This document shows positions 16,994 to 26,853 of a stretch of DNA of 27,803 nt, in pieces. This DNA is from Acidimicrobiales bacterium (GTDB taxonomy: Bacteria; Actinomycetota; Acidimicrobiia; Acidimicrobiales; JAUJNH01). The notes under the pieces are model-generated. The model saw only the letters and a program-made list of their open reading frames with translations. It did no database searches and was not told the origin of the DNA. A program made the translations under genes and the position numbers. Numbering within the stretch: position 1 is the stretch's first letter; every line of letters begins with the position of its first letter. The stretch covers positions 1 to 27,803 of the forward strand of contig JAYUDU010000308.1 of NCBI GenBank assembly GCA_043739605.1. The letters are read 5' to 3'.

Positions 16994-19552
16994 CTACTCG
17001 TAGCCGATTGCTGCGAGCACCTCGACGCCGGCGGCGCGGCGGGCCGGGAGCCACGAGCCGAGCAGGGCGGCGCCGGCGATGGCCGCAGCAGCCGTGGCCG
17101 GCGGCTGCCAGTGCACCTGGTAGATGAGGGGCAGGTTGGTGGCCTTGCCCACGGCTCGGATCGCGAAGACGTGGATGCCGAAGCCGAAGGCCATGCCCGC
17201 GGTCCCACTCACGAGACCGACGGCGACTGCCTCGGCGATGACCATGTCGCGCAGGCGCCTCCGGCTGGTGCCGAGGGCTCGGAGGATGCCGATCTCGCGG
17301 CGCCGCTCCACGACGGCGATGAGGAGTGCGTTCAGCACCGCCAGCACCGATGCGAGCACGATGACCCATTGCATTGCTACGAACGCCACTTGGGTCTTGG
17401 CCGCCGCCTTGGTGATGTTGGCGGCGAACTGTGCGCCGGTCACGACACCGACCGGGTAGGGCGCCTCTGCGGTGATGGCCAAAGCGGCGGCGCGCACCGC
17501 GGCGACGTCGGTGCCGGGGGCGAGGTCGAGATACCAGTCGCTGACGCCGGAATGGCCGAAGGTCTGCTTGAGCCACGCCGTCGAGACGACAGCGATCCCC
17601 GTCGGGCTCTTGAAGGCAGGGATGAGGTCAACCACCGGGAGCCGCACTGCGCCGCCGGGCGCCTGGATGGTGACCGTGTCGCCGATGTGGAACCCGCGGG
17701 GAACTGCGAGGGTGGTGCTGAGCACGATGCCCCGGCCTGCGAGCAGCGCGGGGCGCGCCGAAGACCGGATGCTCTCGTAGGAGTCGTCGTGGAGGCCCTC
17801 TTCGACACCTTGGACGAGCACGAGGTCCTCGCCGATGGTCACCGTTGCGAAGACCGAGCTGCGTACCGCGGTGACCCCAGGGACGGCGGCGAAGCGGGCT
17901 CGCCACGCCTCAGGTAGCAACCGAGTCGAGGACAGGGTGTTGCCGCTGGTGTCGGCATCGACGATGAGGCCGGTCTGCCGCATCGGTCCGAGTCGGGCGC
18001 TGATCGAGTCGGAGGTGCCCGCGACGAGGTGGCCTTGGGCGACGACCAACGAGCCGGCGAGAAGGAACGCCGACGACACCACCCACACCCTGCGGGGTGC
18101 GCCGGCGATGGCCGTTGCGGCCAGCGATCCGGCTGCTCCCAGGCGACCGGCCACGCGTGCGGTCGAGGCGGTGAGGTAGCCAAGCACGCCCCGAGCGAGC
18201 GTCGGGATGGCCACCATGATGAACGCGAAGCCAGCCATCGGCGATGCGCCGGGGCCGAAGAACAACAGCGCCATCGCTGCGACCAGCAGGCCAATGGCCG
18301 CGAGGAGGGGTCGCCGGTTGAGCTTGGCGTCCTCGTCGCCGCTCTCGAGCACGCCTTCTGGTCGCATCGACTCGACCGGGGGTACCGACACAGCGCGCCG
18401 ACCCGGCCCGACGGCCGCCAGCATCGTCGCTCCCAGCCCTGCGACAACGCCGAGGGGCACCGCGGTCGGGGGCAGCACAAATCCCATGCGCACGCCGAAC
18501 TGCGATGTGAAGAACGGCGGGAACAACCCAACGAGCGGTCGCGCGATGGCGATCCCGACGGCGATCCCGATCACCGACCCCGCCGACCCGAGGACGGCGG
18601 CCTCGGCCAGGAACGCGCCAAGCAGCTGGCGCCTTCGGCCCCCCATCGCCCGCATGGTGGCAAGTTCGCGGCGTCGTTCCAGTGCCGCCATCGACATGGT
18701 CGCATACACGAGGAAGCCGCCGACGGCGACCGCCATCGAAGCGGACAACGTCATGCCCTGTTGGAGGGTTGCGATGCTGGCACGCGCCTGGCGGGAACGC
18801 AGCCGCGTGTCGGCGACGACAGCCTGGCCCGCCACCGAGGTCCTGATCCGGGTCCGCAGGGCTGTGCGGTCGACGCGCGGGCCACCCTTCACGAGGACGC
18901 TGTCGAGGCGTCCGGGTCGGCCGGTGAGGGCCTGCGCACTTGCGATGTCGGTCACCGCGAACGACCCTTGGTTCACGCCCGACGCACTCGCCAGGTCCAC
19001 GATCGCGGCGACGACGGCCGGGCGCGCCACCCCGCCGAACGTCACCCGCACCACGTCACCCTGATGGACGGCCAGGGCCTTGGCGAGGCCCGGGCCGACC
19101 AGGATCGGCACACCCCGAGTGTCGGTCAGGGCGGTGGAGATGAGCGCGTCGGTGAGGCGTCGAGTGGCCGGGGCATCGGCGGAGCCGAACGGTCCTGCCT
19201 TGAGCCCAGCGAGGCGACCATCGACACCGAACAGCAGGACGGCCTGGTCCCCGACCTGGGCGATCGCCCTGACCAGCGGCGCGGCGCTGGCCACCCCATC
19301 GACGGCGGCGACCCGGTCGGTGACGCTGCTGTCGAAGCCCCCATCCGATGCACCGGAGATCTCGACATCTGCGCCGCCGGTGAGGCCCGCGGTGGCTCGG
19401 TCGATGGACCCCGTCAGCGAGCCCACGAGACACGTGACCGCGACGACCAACGCAGAGCCGACCGCGACGCCGCACAGGCTGAGAACGGTCCGCCCCGGTG
19501 CTTCGCGCCACCGGCGCAGCTGCAACCTCGCCAGGCTGAGCATGGTCGTCAC
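16994..19552 (-). CDS. FtsX/MacB-type ABC transporter permease (duplicated two-half architecture)
   Basis: N-terminal TM, a large extracytoplasmic domain, and two FtsX-type motifs ('ERRRELATMRAMG', 'ERRREIGILRALG') each followed by TM bundles. Start GTG 19552 or ATG 19543. Confidence 0.9.
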   Translation of the reverse strand: MTTMLSLARLQLRRWREAPGRTVLSLCGVAVGSALVVAVTCLVGSLTGSIDRATAGLTGGADVEISGASDGGFDSSVTDRVAAVDGVASAAPLVRAIAQVGDQAVLLFGVDGRLAGLKAGPFGSADAPATRRLTDALISTALTDTRGVPILVGPGLAKALAVHQGDVVRVTFGGVARPAVVAAIVDLASASGVNQGSFAVTDIASAQALTGRPGRLDSVLVKGGPRVDRTALRTRIRTSVAGQAVVADTRLRSRQARASIATLQQGMTLSASMAVAVGGFLVYATMSMAALERRRELATMRAMGGRRRQLLGAFLAEAAVLGSAGSVIGIAVGIAIARPLVGLFPPFFTSQFGVRMGFVLPPTAVPLGVVAGLGATMLAAVGPGRRAVSVPPVESMRPEGVLESGDEDAKLNRRPLLAAIGLLVAAMALLFFGPGASPMAGFAFIMVAIPTLARGVLGYLTASTARVAGRLGAAGSLAATAIAGAPRRVWVVSSAFLLAGSLVVAQGHLVAGTSDSISARLGPMRQTGLIVDADTSGNTLSSTRLLPEAWRARFAAVPGVTAVRSSVFATVTIGEDLVLVQGVEEGLHDDSYESIRSSARPALLAGRGIVLSTTLAVPRGFHIGDTVTIQAPGGAVRLPVVDLIPAFKSPTGIAVVSTAWLKQTFGHSGVSDWYLDLAPGTDVAAVRAAALAITAEAPYPVGVVTGAQFAANITKAAAKTQVAFVAMQWVIVLASVLAVLNALLIAVVERRREIGILRALGTSRRRLRDMVIAEAVAVGLVSGTAGMAFGFGIHVFAIRAVGKATNLPLIYQVHWQPPATAAAAIAGAALLGSWLPARRAAGVEVLAAIGYE

Positions 19553-19694
19553 GGAGCCGTCGCTCCGGTGCTCAGGGCCACGTCGACTGTCGATCGCCTC
19601 AAGGCAAACCTCCCCGCTCTCACGTGTCTTGTCGACCAGGTGCTAACCGGTGGAGCACAAAGCGGTCAACTCGGTAGCGACGATCAGCCGCAGG

Positions 19695-20810
19695 TCACGG
19701 GGGTGTGCCGTCGAAGAGCGTGGCGGGGTCGGTGTGCACGCGCCACGTGTGGCGGGGGGGGCGACGAGGGCCACCTCGACGCCACTGCACCGGCGGGGTC
19801 ATGTCGAGGACCGATGCCCCGGGGGCGTAGGCGCCCACCTCGATCTCGGCGACGGTCGCAACGTTGGGATCGAGGCCGCATCGGCGGACGACGTCGCTGT
19901 AGGTGTCGCCCAGCTCGTAGCGGAGCAGGTCGCCGATGATGGCAGGCAGCACCTCGGGATCTTGGAGGCACCACAGGTGGCCGCCGTCCTCGACGATCAC
20001 CAACGGACCGCCGGCCGCGGCGAACGCGTCCTCGCCGACGGCGAGAGGTACGAGTCCGTCGCGGTCGCCGTGCACGACAATGGTGCGGACGCCGAGCGCA
20101 CGCAAGCGGAGGAGGGTCTCGTGGCTAGACGGCGCGGTGACGATGGCGCCGCCGGGCGCGAGGAGCCGCCAAGGACGCCACGCCGTACGACCGATGCTGG
20201 CCCCGACGACCTTGGCCAGGACGCTGAGCTGGTGGAGGTCGGGTTGGCGGATGGTGGTGAGGGTGAAGTCGGCGATGGTCTCGACGGCCATCTTGATGCC
20301 GAAGCCCGGCACGGCAACTGCGTTGTGGATCCGCTTGTCCCATGCCTGGCCGGCGATCGCATCGACGAGGATGAGGCCGCACACCTGATCGGCCCGGTCG
20401 GCGGCGATCTCGGCGGCAATGCGTCCGCCCGTCGAGTGGCCCAGCAGGATGCACGGCCCAATGCCGATGGCGTCCATGGCGTCCCCGATGAAGCTCGCAG
20501 CGAAATCGATGCCGCCGACGGCGCGCGGCAGCGGCGAGCTGCGACCGTGGCCTGGGGTATCGATGGCGATGACCTTGAAACCCATCGAGACGAGACGGGA
20601 CGCGGTCTGGGCGTACAGGGCACCCTCCGCGGTGAACCCGTTGATGACGACCAGCGGAACGCCCCATCCGGCCACGGCGAGGCCAGCGACGCGGCCCCCG
20701 GGAAGGACGACCTCGTGTCGGGCCAGCCTGACCTCGACGGTCTGTCCAGAACGGGCCGCGGGCCCTGTGGTCACCGGTTCCGCATCAGTGGCGACGGCCC
20801 TGGCATGCAC
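19695..20810 (-). CDS. Alpha/beta-fold hydrolase
   Basis: 'AIDTPGHG', nucleophile elbow 'GHSTGG', 'GDRDGLVP', 'GGHLW'. Start uncertain. Confidence 0.88.
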   Translation of the reverse strand: MHARAVATDAEPVTTGPAARSGQTVEVRLARHEVVLPGGRVAGLAVAGWGVPLVVINGFTAEGALYAQTASRLVSMGFKVIAIDTPGHGRSSPLPRAVGGIDFAASFIGDAMDAIGIGPCILLGHSTGGRIAAEIAADRADQVCGLILVDAIAGQAWDKRIHNAVAVPGFGIKMAVETIADFTLTTIRQPDLHQLSVLAKVVGASIGRTAWRPWRLLAPGGAIVTAPSSHETLLRLRALGVRTIVVHGDRDGLVPLAVGEDAFAAAGGPLVIVEDGGHLWCLQDPEVLPAIIGDLLRYELGDTYSDVVRRCGLDPNVATVAEIEVGAYAPGASVLDMTPPVQWRRGGPRRPPRHTWRVHTDPATLFDGTPP

Positions 20811-20923
20811 GACTGCACATCGTTGTCACAGCAACGGTCTGATGGCAACCCAGGACCGCGGAATGTGCCTCTCGACCTATGGCGGTTGCGTGGTTCGCAC
20901 GCATCTGTCCGAACCGCGGGCGC

Positions 20924-21250
20924 TCACGCCGACGACGCGGCCAGAGCCGCGGCGAGCAGGTCGAGGTCGGTGCGGTCGTGGCGAGAGGCCTGTTCGGCCC
21001 GCCCGTTGCGGAAGCCCACCCCCTCGGCGGCGAGTGCAGTCATGTGCACGGGTCGCCCGACCTGTTCGTCGTAGCCCGGGGTGCCGTCGGCTCTGAGCAC
21101 GCGATGCGGGCTCGGGCAGTACCCGCAGGTGGCCATGTGCTTGGCGGCGTGCCTCGGACCGACGCCAGCCACGCGGCCCAAGTCTCCGTAGGAAACCCAC
21201 GAACCTGCGGGGAGCGCCGCGAGGACTGCGTGCAGCAGATCGACGTCCAT
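20924..21250 (-). CDS. MGMT-family DNA-binding protein, alkyltransferase-like (ATL)
   Basis: 'LPAGSWVSYGDLG' and 'HRVLRADG'. The active-site position reads SPHRV rather than PCHRV. Start moved to ATG 21250. Confidence 0.8.
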   Translation of the reverse strand: MDVDLLHAVLAALPAGSWVSYGDLGRVAGVGPRHAAKHMATCGYCPSPHRVLRADGTPGYDEQVGRPVHMTALAAEGVGFRNGRAEQASRHDRTDLDLLAAALAASSA

Positions 21251-21309
21251 CGAGCGAGAGGCTAGGACCGCGCCCGGCCCGGTAGCGTCCAGTCCGAGAG
21301 GAGCAGCCG

Positions 21310-22407
21310 ATGGACCCGACCGTGGTCGCCACCCCGTTCTACTTTGCGACGATGGAGCTCGAACGGCGCCATCTCCGGCGGCGCGCCGAGACGCTCGGGC
21401 CAAGCCCCGCCGACTACTCGCGCGACGACACCATCGCCAGCCTCAGCATGGGCGTCGCGTCGCTCCTCGTGCCCATCGTCTCCCATGGCCTGGTCCGTCA
21501 CGTCGTCGTCGGCAAGGGCAAGCTGGCAAAGACCCTCATCGGCGTGGCTGCGGGCGCGGTCATGGTCACCACCGTCGCCGACCGCCTCGCGGGCCACAAC
21601 GAGCCAGACCCGGCCCCCGCCGAGCGCCGGACCAGAGCCGTTCGCCGGTGGGCAAAGCACGTCGCTCGGGTCGCAGGTCCCGTCGCCGTCGGCACCGGCG
21701 TCGTTGCCATCACGGCGAACATCGGGGCCATCACGTCCGTCGATCGGATGTGGCGCAAGGGTCGGCATCGCGACCTCGGGTCTGGTCCGCTGCCATGGGC
21801 CATAGCGTTCGTCGGCTGGGACTTCATCTACTACCTGAACCACCGTTCCATGCATGAGATCCGTGGGATGTGGGCCATCCACGTCGTCCACCACTCCAGC
21901 GAGCGATACAACCTCTCGACCGCGTTGCGGCAGCCGGTTGCAGACGTGCTTGGGCTGTGGGTTCCGTATGGTCTGATGGCCCGCGTCGGCGTCCGCCCGA
22001 GCCTCATCCAGCTATCACGCGGCTGGAACCTCCTGTACCAGTACTGGATCCACACCGACACCATCCGTTCCCTTGGGCCGGCGGAGGAGATCTTCAACAC
22101 TCCATCCCATCACCGAGTGCACCATGGTTCGAATGGCAAGTACATCGACCGCAACCACGGCGGCATCCTCATCATCTGGGACCGCCTGCTCGGCACGTTC
22201 CAGCGTGAAGAGGAGGATGTCATCTACGGACTCACGAAGAACATCGAGACGTTCAACCCGCTCCGGGTGGTCGCTCATGAGTACATTGACATGATCAGAG
22301 ACGTCGCGCAATCGACGACATGGGGAGATCGGCTGTCGTACGTTCTCCGTGGCCCCGGTTGGGCCTATCGCAAGCGTGCGACGCGTGCTGCCGTCGGGCT
22401 CGACTGA
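21310..22407 (+). CDS. Sterol desaturase/fatty-acid hydroxylase superfamily protein (alkylglycerol monooxygenase-like)
   Basis: His boxes 'HRSMH', 'HVVHH', 'HHRVHH', plus 'NLSTALRQ' and 'IWDRLLGTF'. GAGGAG SD. Confidence 0.9.
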   Translation: MDPTVVATPFYFATMELERRHLRRRAETLGPSPADYSRDDTIASLSMGVASLLVPIVSHGLVRHVVVGKGKLAKTLIGVAAGAVMVTTVADRLAGHNEPDPAPAERRTRAVRRWAKHVARVAGPVAVGTGVVAITANIGAITSVDRMWRKGRHRDLGSGPLPWAIAFVGWDFIYYLNHRSMHEIRGMWAIHVVHHSSERYNLSTALRQPVADVLGLWVPYGLMARVGVRPSLIQLSRGWNLLYQYWIHTDTIRSLGPAEEIFNTPSHHRVHHGSNGKYIDRNHGGILIIWDRLLGTFQREEEDVIYGLTKNIETFNPLRVVAHEYIDMIRDVAQSTTWGDRLSYVLRGPGWAYRKRATRAAVGLD

Positions 22408-22454
22408 CGGCGCACTCCATTGGGGGCGGACCGGTAGCAAGACCCGTTGGCTAG

Positions 22455-22835
22455 CTAGGTGCGCTCGCCGACCCCCACCGGCTCCAGGGCGGCCCGCTCG
22501 TCCTCGGTGAAGAGGCGGGAGCGGATCATGAAGCGCACACCCTCAGGTGCTTCGAGCGAGAAGCCGGCGCCGCGGCCTCTGACGACATCGAGTGTCAGGT
22601 GGGTGTGCGCCCAATATTCGAACTGTGGGCCGCTCATGTGGAACGGAGCCCCCCCGACGTCGCCGAGGTCGACATCAGACGAGCCGATCTTGAACTCGCC
22701 GAGCGGGAAGCACATCGGGCTGGAGCCGTCACAGCAGCCGCCAGACTGGTGAAAGAGCACGGGGCCGTGCGCCTTCACCAGCTGGTCGATGAGCTCCAGC
22801 GCCTCCTGAGTCGCATCAACCCGGGAGGTCGCCAT
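22455..22835 (-). CDS. DUF779-family protein
   Basis: 'FHQSGGCCDGSSPMC', 'QFEYWAHT', 'GRGAGFSLE'. Lies directly downstream of the aldehyde dehydrogenase, its usual context. Start ATG 22835. Confidence 0.9.
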   Translation of the reverse strand: MATSRVDATQEALELIDQLVKAHGPVLFHQSGGCCDGSSPMCFPLGEFKIGSSDVDLGDVGGAPFHMSGPQFEYWAHTHLTLDVVRGRGAGFSLEAPEGVRFMIRSRLFTEDERAALEPVGVGERT

Positions 22836-22849
22836 CTCTGCCCCGCCGC

Positions 22850-24370
<1,521 letters not shown>

Positions 24371-24442
24371 CGTGATGGTCCCCCCTCAGGGATCGAAGCC
24401 GCGCTCCGTGCGTCGGCCGTTGCGGGCAGGATGCACCCGGAG

Positions 24443-24460
24443 GGGTTGGCAAAGGGTTGG
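24443..24460. promoter_or_regulatory. Tandem direct repeat GGGTTGG-N4-GGGTTGG (11-bp period), candidate regulator site
   Basis: Read directly in the aldB/GAF-regulator divergent gap. Confidence 0.5.
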
Positions 24461-24496
24461 TGGCCTGGCAGCATGGCGAAGGGAGGGATGGCCCGG

Positions 24497-25675
24497 ATGG
24501 AGGCACGAGAGCTCATGGTTCGGCGCCGCTCGATCGAGGCCGCCCGAGCCGACGGTCACGCGCTGGAGCCGAGCATCGCGGCGTCATGGTCGCGGTGCCG
24601 ACCGACGCTCGACGTTCGCCGGTCCGCGGCGCCCGTCGATGCAGAACCCGACGAGGTGAGAGCGCGCTGGGAGGCGTCGCCGATCCGCCGCAGCGGTGTT
24701 GGCCTCGAGGAGCAGCTGGCCTCGGCCGCCGACGCCGGCGACCTCGTGGCCGCGGTGACCGACGAGCAGGGCCGCATCCTGTGGAGTGCCGGCGGCCGCA
24801 CGATGCGCGGCGTCGCAGAGAGCGTTGGGTTCGTACCCGGCGGCCGGTGGGATGAGCAGTCAGCGGGCACCAATGCACTTGGCCTGGCCCTGCTCACCAG
24901 GCGACCGGCAACCGTCTTCTCGGCGGAGCACTGGTGTGAGGCGGTCCACGACTGGGTGTGCTGGTCGGTGCCGGTGTGCGACGCGGCCGGTCGGGCCGTC
25001 GGTGTCATCGACCTCTCCGGACGCTGGGACACCGCAACCCCCCTTGCGGGCACCGCAGTCCGAGCGCTCGGCCGCCTGGTCGAGGAGCACCTGCCGGTCG
25101 ATCCCGGAGCAACCTCGCCGCTGCTCGAGCTGCATCTGCTCGGTCGACCGTCTGCGACACTGGGCGGCCGCCCCCTCGCCCTCGCCCTCCGCCAGATCGA
25201 GCTCCTCGCCGCCCTTGCCATCATCGGTCCGTGCTCGCTCGCAGAGCTGCAGGTCCTCGTCTACGGCGACCGCCCCGTGAGTCCCGCGACCATCAAGGCC
25301 GAGCTGTCGCACCTGCGTCACCATCTCGGCGGCGCCATCGGCTCGCGCCCCTACCGCCTCACGCTCCCGGTGCGCGTCGATGCGCTCGAGCTGCGCAAAC
25401 GGCTCGCCGCCTCCGATGTTGCCGCCGCCGCGTTGGCCTACGTCGGCCAGCTCGTTCCGGCGAGTGAGGCGCCGTTCCTCATCGACGAGCGTTACGTCCT
25501 TGACGTCTCGCTGCGTCGGGCGCTCCTGGTCAGCGGCGCTCCCGACGCGCTGCTCGCCTACGCGGACGTCCATCCCTACGACGTCGAGGTCCTTGAGCGC
25601 GTCGTGGCGTCCGTCAGCTTCGACGACCCTCGCCGCCACGAAGCCATCGCTCGCATCGACGTGGCCTCTGCGTAA
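24497..25675 (+). CDS. GAF-domain transcriptional regulator with C-terminal winged-helix DNA-binding domain
   Basis: 'IAASWSRC', 'VTDEQGRILW', 'WDEQSAGTNALGLAL', 'EHW', then 'TIKAELSHLR..LG..IGSRPYRL'. Divergent from aldB. Start ATG 24497 or 24488. Confidence 0.88.
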   Translation: MEARELMVRRRSIEAARADGHALEPSIAASWSRCRPTLDVRRSAAPVDAEPDEVRARWEASPIRRSGVGLEEQLASAADAGDLVAAVTDEQGRILWSAGGRTMRGVAESVGFVPGGRWDEQSAGTNALGLALLTRRPATVFSAEHWCEAVHDWVCWSVPVCDAAGRAVGVIDLSGRWDTATPLAGTAVRALGRLVEEHLPVDPGATSPLLELHLLGRPSATLGGRPLALALRQIELLAALAIIGPCSLAELQVLVYGDRPVSPATIKAELSHLRHHLGGAIGSRPYRLTLPVRVDALELRKRLAASDVAAAALAYVGQLVPASEAPFLIDERYVLDVSLRRALLVSGAPDALLAYADVHPYDVEVLERVVASVSFDDPRRHEAIARIDVASA

Positions 25676-25715
25676 CGCGGGCGAGTTGTGCCTCGTACGG
25701 CGCTCGGCGCACCCC

Positions 25716-25890
25716 GGTTCTGGTGCCGCAGTGACCCGCAGAGGAGTTCAGGCAACTACCAGATCGGCAGAGTTCGCAGGCCCCGCCAGTCGCGGAGCCG
25801 CCGATGCGCCCCCTCCGGCGCACCGACCTACAGGTTCGCTACCAGGCCGAGGATCTTGCCTCGGTTGCCAGAACCTGCACCCGCCGTGCA
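25716..25890. repeat. Cluster of imperfect inverted repeats (REP-like or structured leader)
   Basis: ggttctgg 25716-25723 / ccagaacc 25868-25875; caggttc 25831-25837 / gaacctg 25871-25877; ccgagg 25847-25852 / cctcgg 25859-25864; ctaccag at both 25756 and 25839. Confidence 0.4.
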
Positions 25891-25940
25891 AGTATCGACC
25901 CTCGGACCACCACACCACAACCCCGGGGGGAAACCACATC

Positions 25941-26849
25941 ATGGGTATTTGCGACGGACGTGTCGTCATCATCACCGGCGCTGGCCGCGGCATCGGCCGC
26001 GAGCACGCGCTCATGTACGCGTCGGAGGGCGCCAAGGTCGTTGTCAACGATCTCGGCCAGGCTCGCGACGGAACTGGCTCAGACGACGCAACCCCTGCCG
26101 AGGAGGTCGTCGCGCTCATCGAGAAGATGGGCGGGGAGGCCATCGTCGACATCCACGACATCTCCGACTTCGCCGGTGCGGAGGCGCTCGTCAAAGGCAC
26201 CATCGAGCGCTTCGGCAAGGTCGACACCTTGGTCAACAACGCCGGGATCCTGCGCGATCGCATGCTCGTCAACATGAGCGAGGCCGAGTGGGACGCCGTC
26301 ATCAAGGTGCACCTCAAGGGCACCTTCGGTCCGGCCAAGTTCGCGTGCGAGCACTGGAAGGCGCGCTCGAAGGCCGGCGAGGAGAACCCAGCTGGCCGCA
26401 TCATCAACACATCGAGCACCAGCGGCATCTTCGGCAACATCGGCCAAACCAACTACGGCGCGGCCAAGGCCGGCATCGCCGGCTTCACCGTGATCCTGGC
26501 CCAGGAGATGGCTCGGTACGGCGTGACCGTCAACGCCATCGCGCCCGCCGCGCTCACCCGCCTGACCGAAGACCTCGGCATGGGCAAGCGCCCCAAGCCG
26601 GAGGAAGGCGCGTGGGATGCCATGGACCCGATCAACATCGCACCGCTGGTGGTGTGGCTCGGCAGCGACGCCGCCGCGGGCGTGAGCGGTCGCGTATTCA
26701 TCACCGCAGGCGGTCGCGTCAGCGTGGCGGAGGGATGGGAGCGTGGACCCACAGTCAACAAGGACGGCCTGTGGGCGCCGGCCGAGCTCGGCGAGCTCAT
26801 CCCCGACCTCGTCGCTCAGGCCGCAGCCAACTCCTCGATGCGGAGCTGA
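25941..26849 (+). CDS. SDR-family oxidoreductase (Rv3548c/MFE-2 dehydrogenase-like)
   Basis: 'ITGAGRGIG', 'VVVNDLG', 'NNAGILRD', 'YGAAK'. Start moved from track 25380 to ATG 25941. Confidence 0.95.
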   Translation: MGICDGRVVIITGAGRGIGREHALMYASEGAKVVVNDLGQARDGTGSDDATPAEEVVALIEKMGGEAIVDIHDISDFAGAEALVKGTIERFGKVDTLVNNAGILRDRMLVNMSEAEWDAVIKVHLKGTFGPAKFACEHWKARSKAGEENPAGRIINTSSTSGIFGNIGQTNYGAAKAGIAGFTVILAQEMARYGVTVNAIAPAALTRLTEDLGMGKRPKPEEGAWDAMDPINIAPLVVWLGSDAAAGVSGRVFITAGGRVSVAEGWERGPTVNKDGLWAPAELGELIPDLVAQAAANSSMRS

Positions 26850-26853
26850 GAGC

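Noticed and set aside
19640-19670. Possible sigma70 promoter (TTGACC-18 nt-TAGCAC, minus strand) and gtgct/agcac repeat upstream of the permease
   Set aside because: The -10 lacks the conserved final T and the repeat arms are only 5 bp. Only the TTGACCG half-site was kept, as a side note.
18029-19939. 636-aa plus-strand ORF, and other long overlapping ORFs (11101-12669 minus, 16481-17917 plus, 3941-5041 plus, 8219-9325 plus)
   Set aside because: These are antisense or alternate-frame shadows of well-supported genes. They are Arg/Gly/Pro-rich with no motifs, as expected from the scarcity of stop codons in high-GC DNA.
20811-20836. cgttg-tcacag-caacg inverted repeat and a TGTGA half-site upstream of the alpha/beta hydrolase (CRP/GlxR- or PhoP-like)
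   Set aside because: Only one half-site matches either consensus, and the 5-bp arms are not significant.
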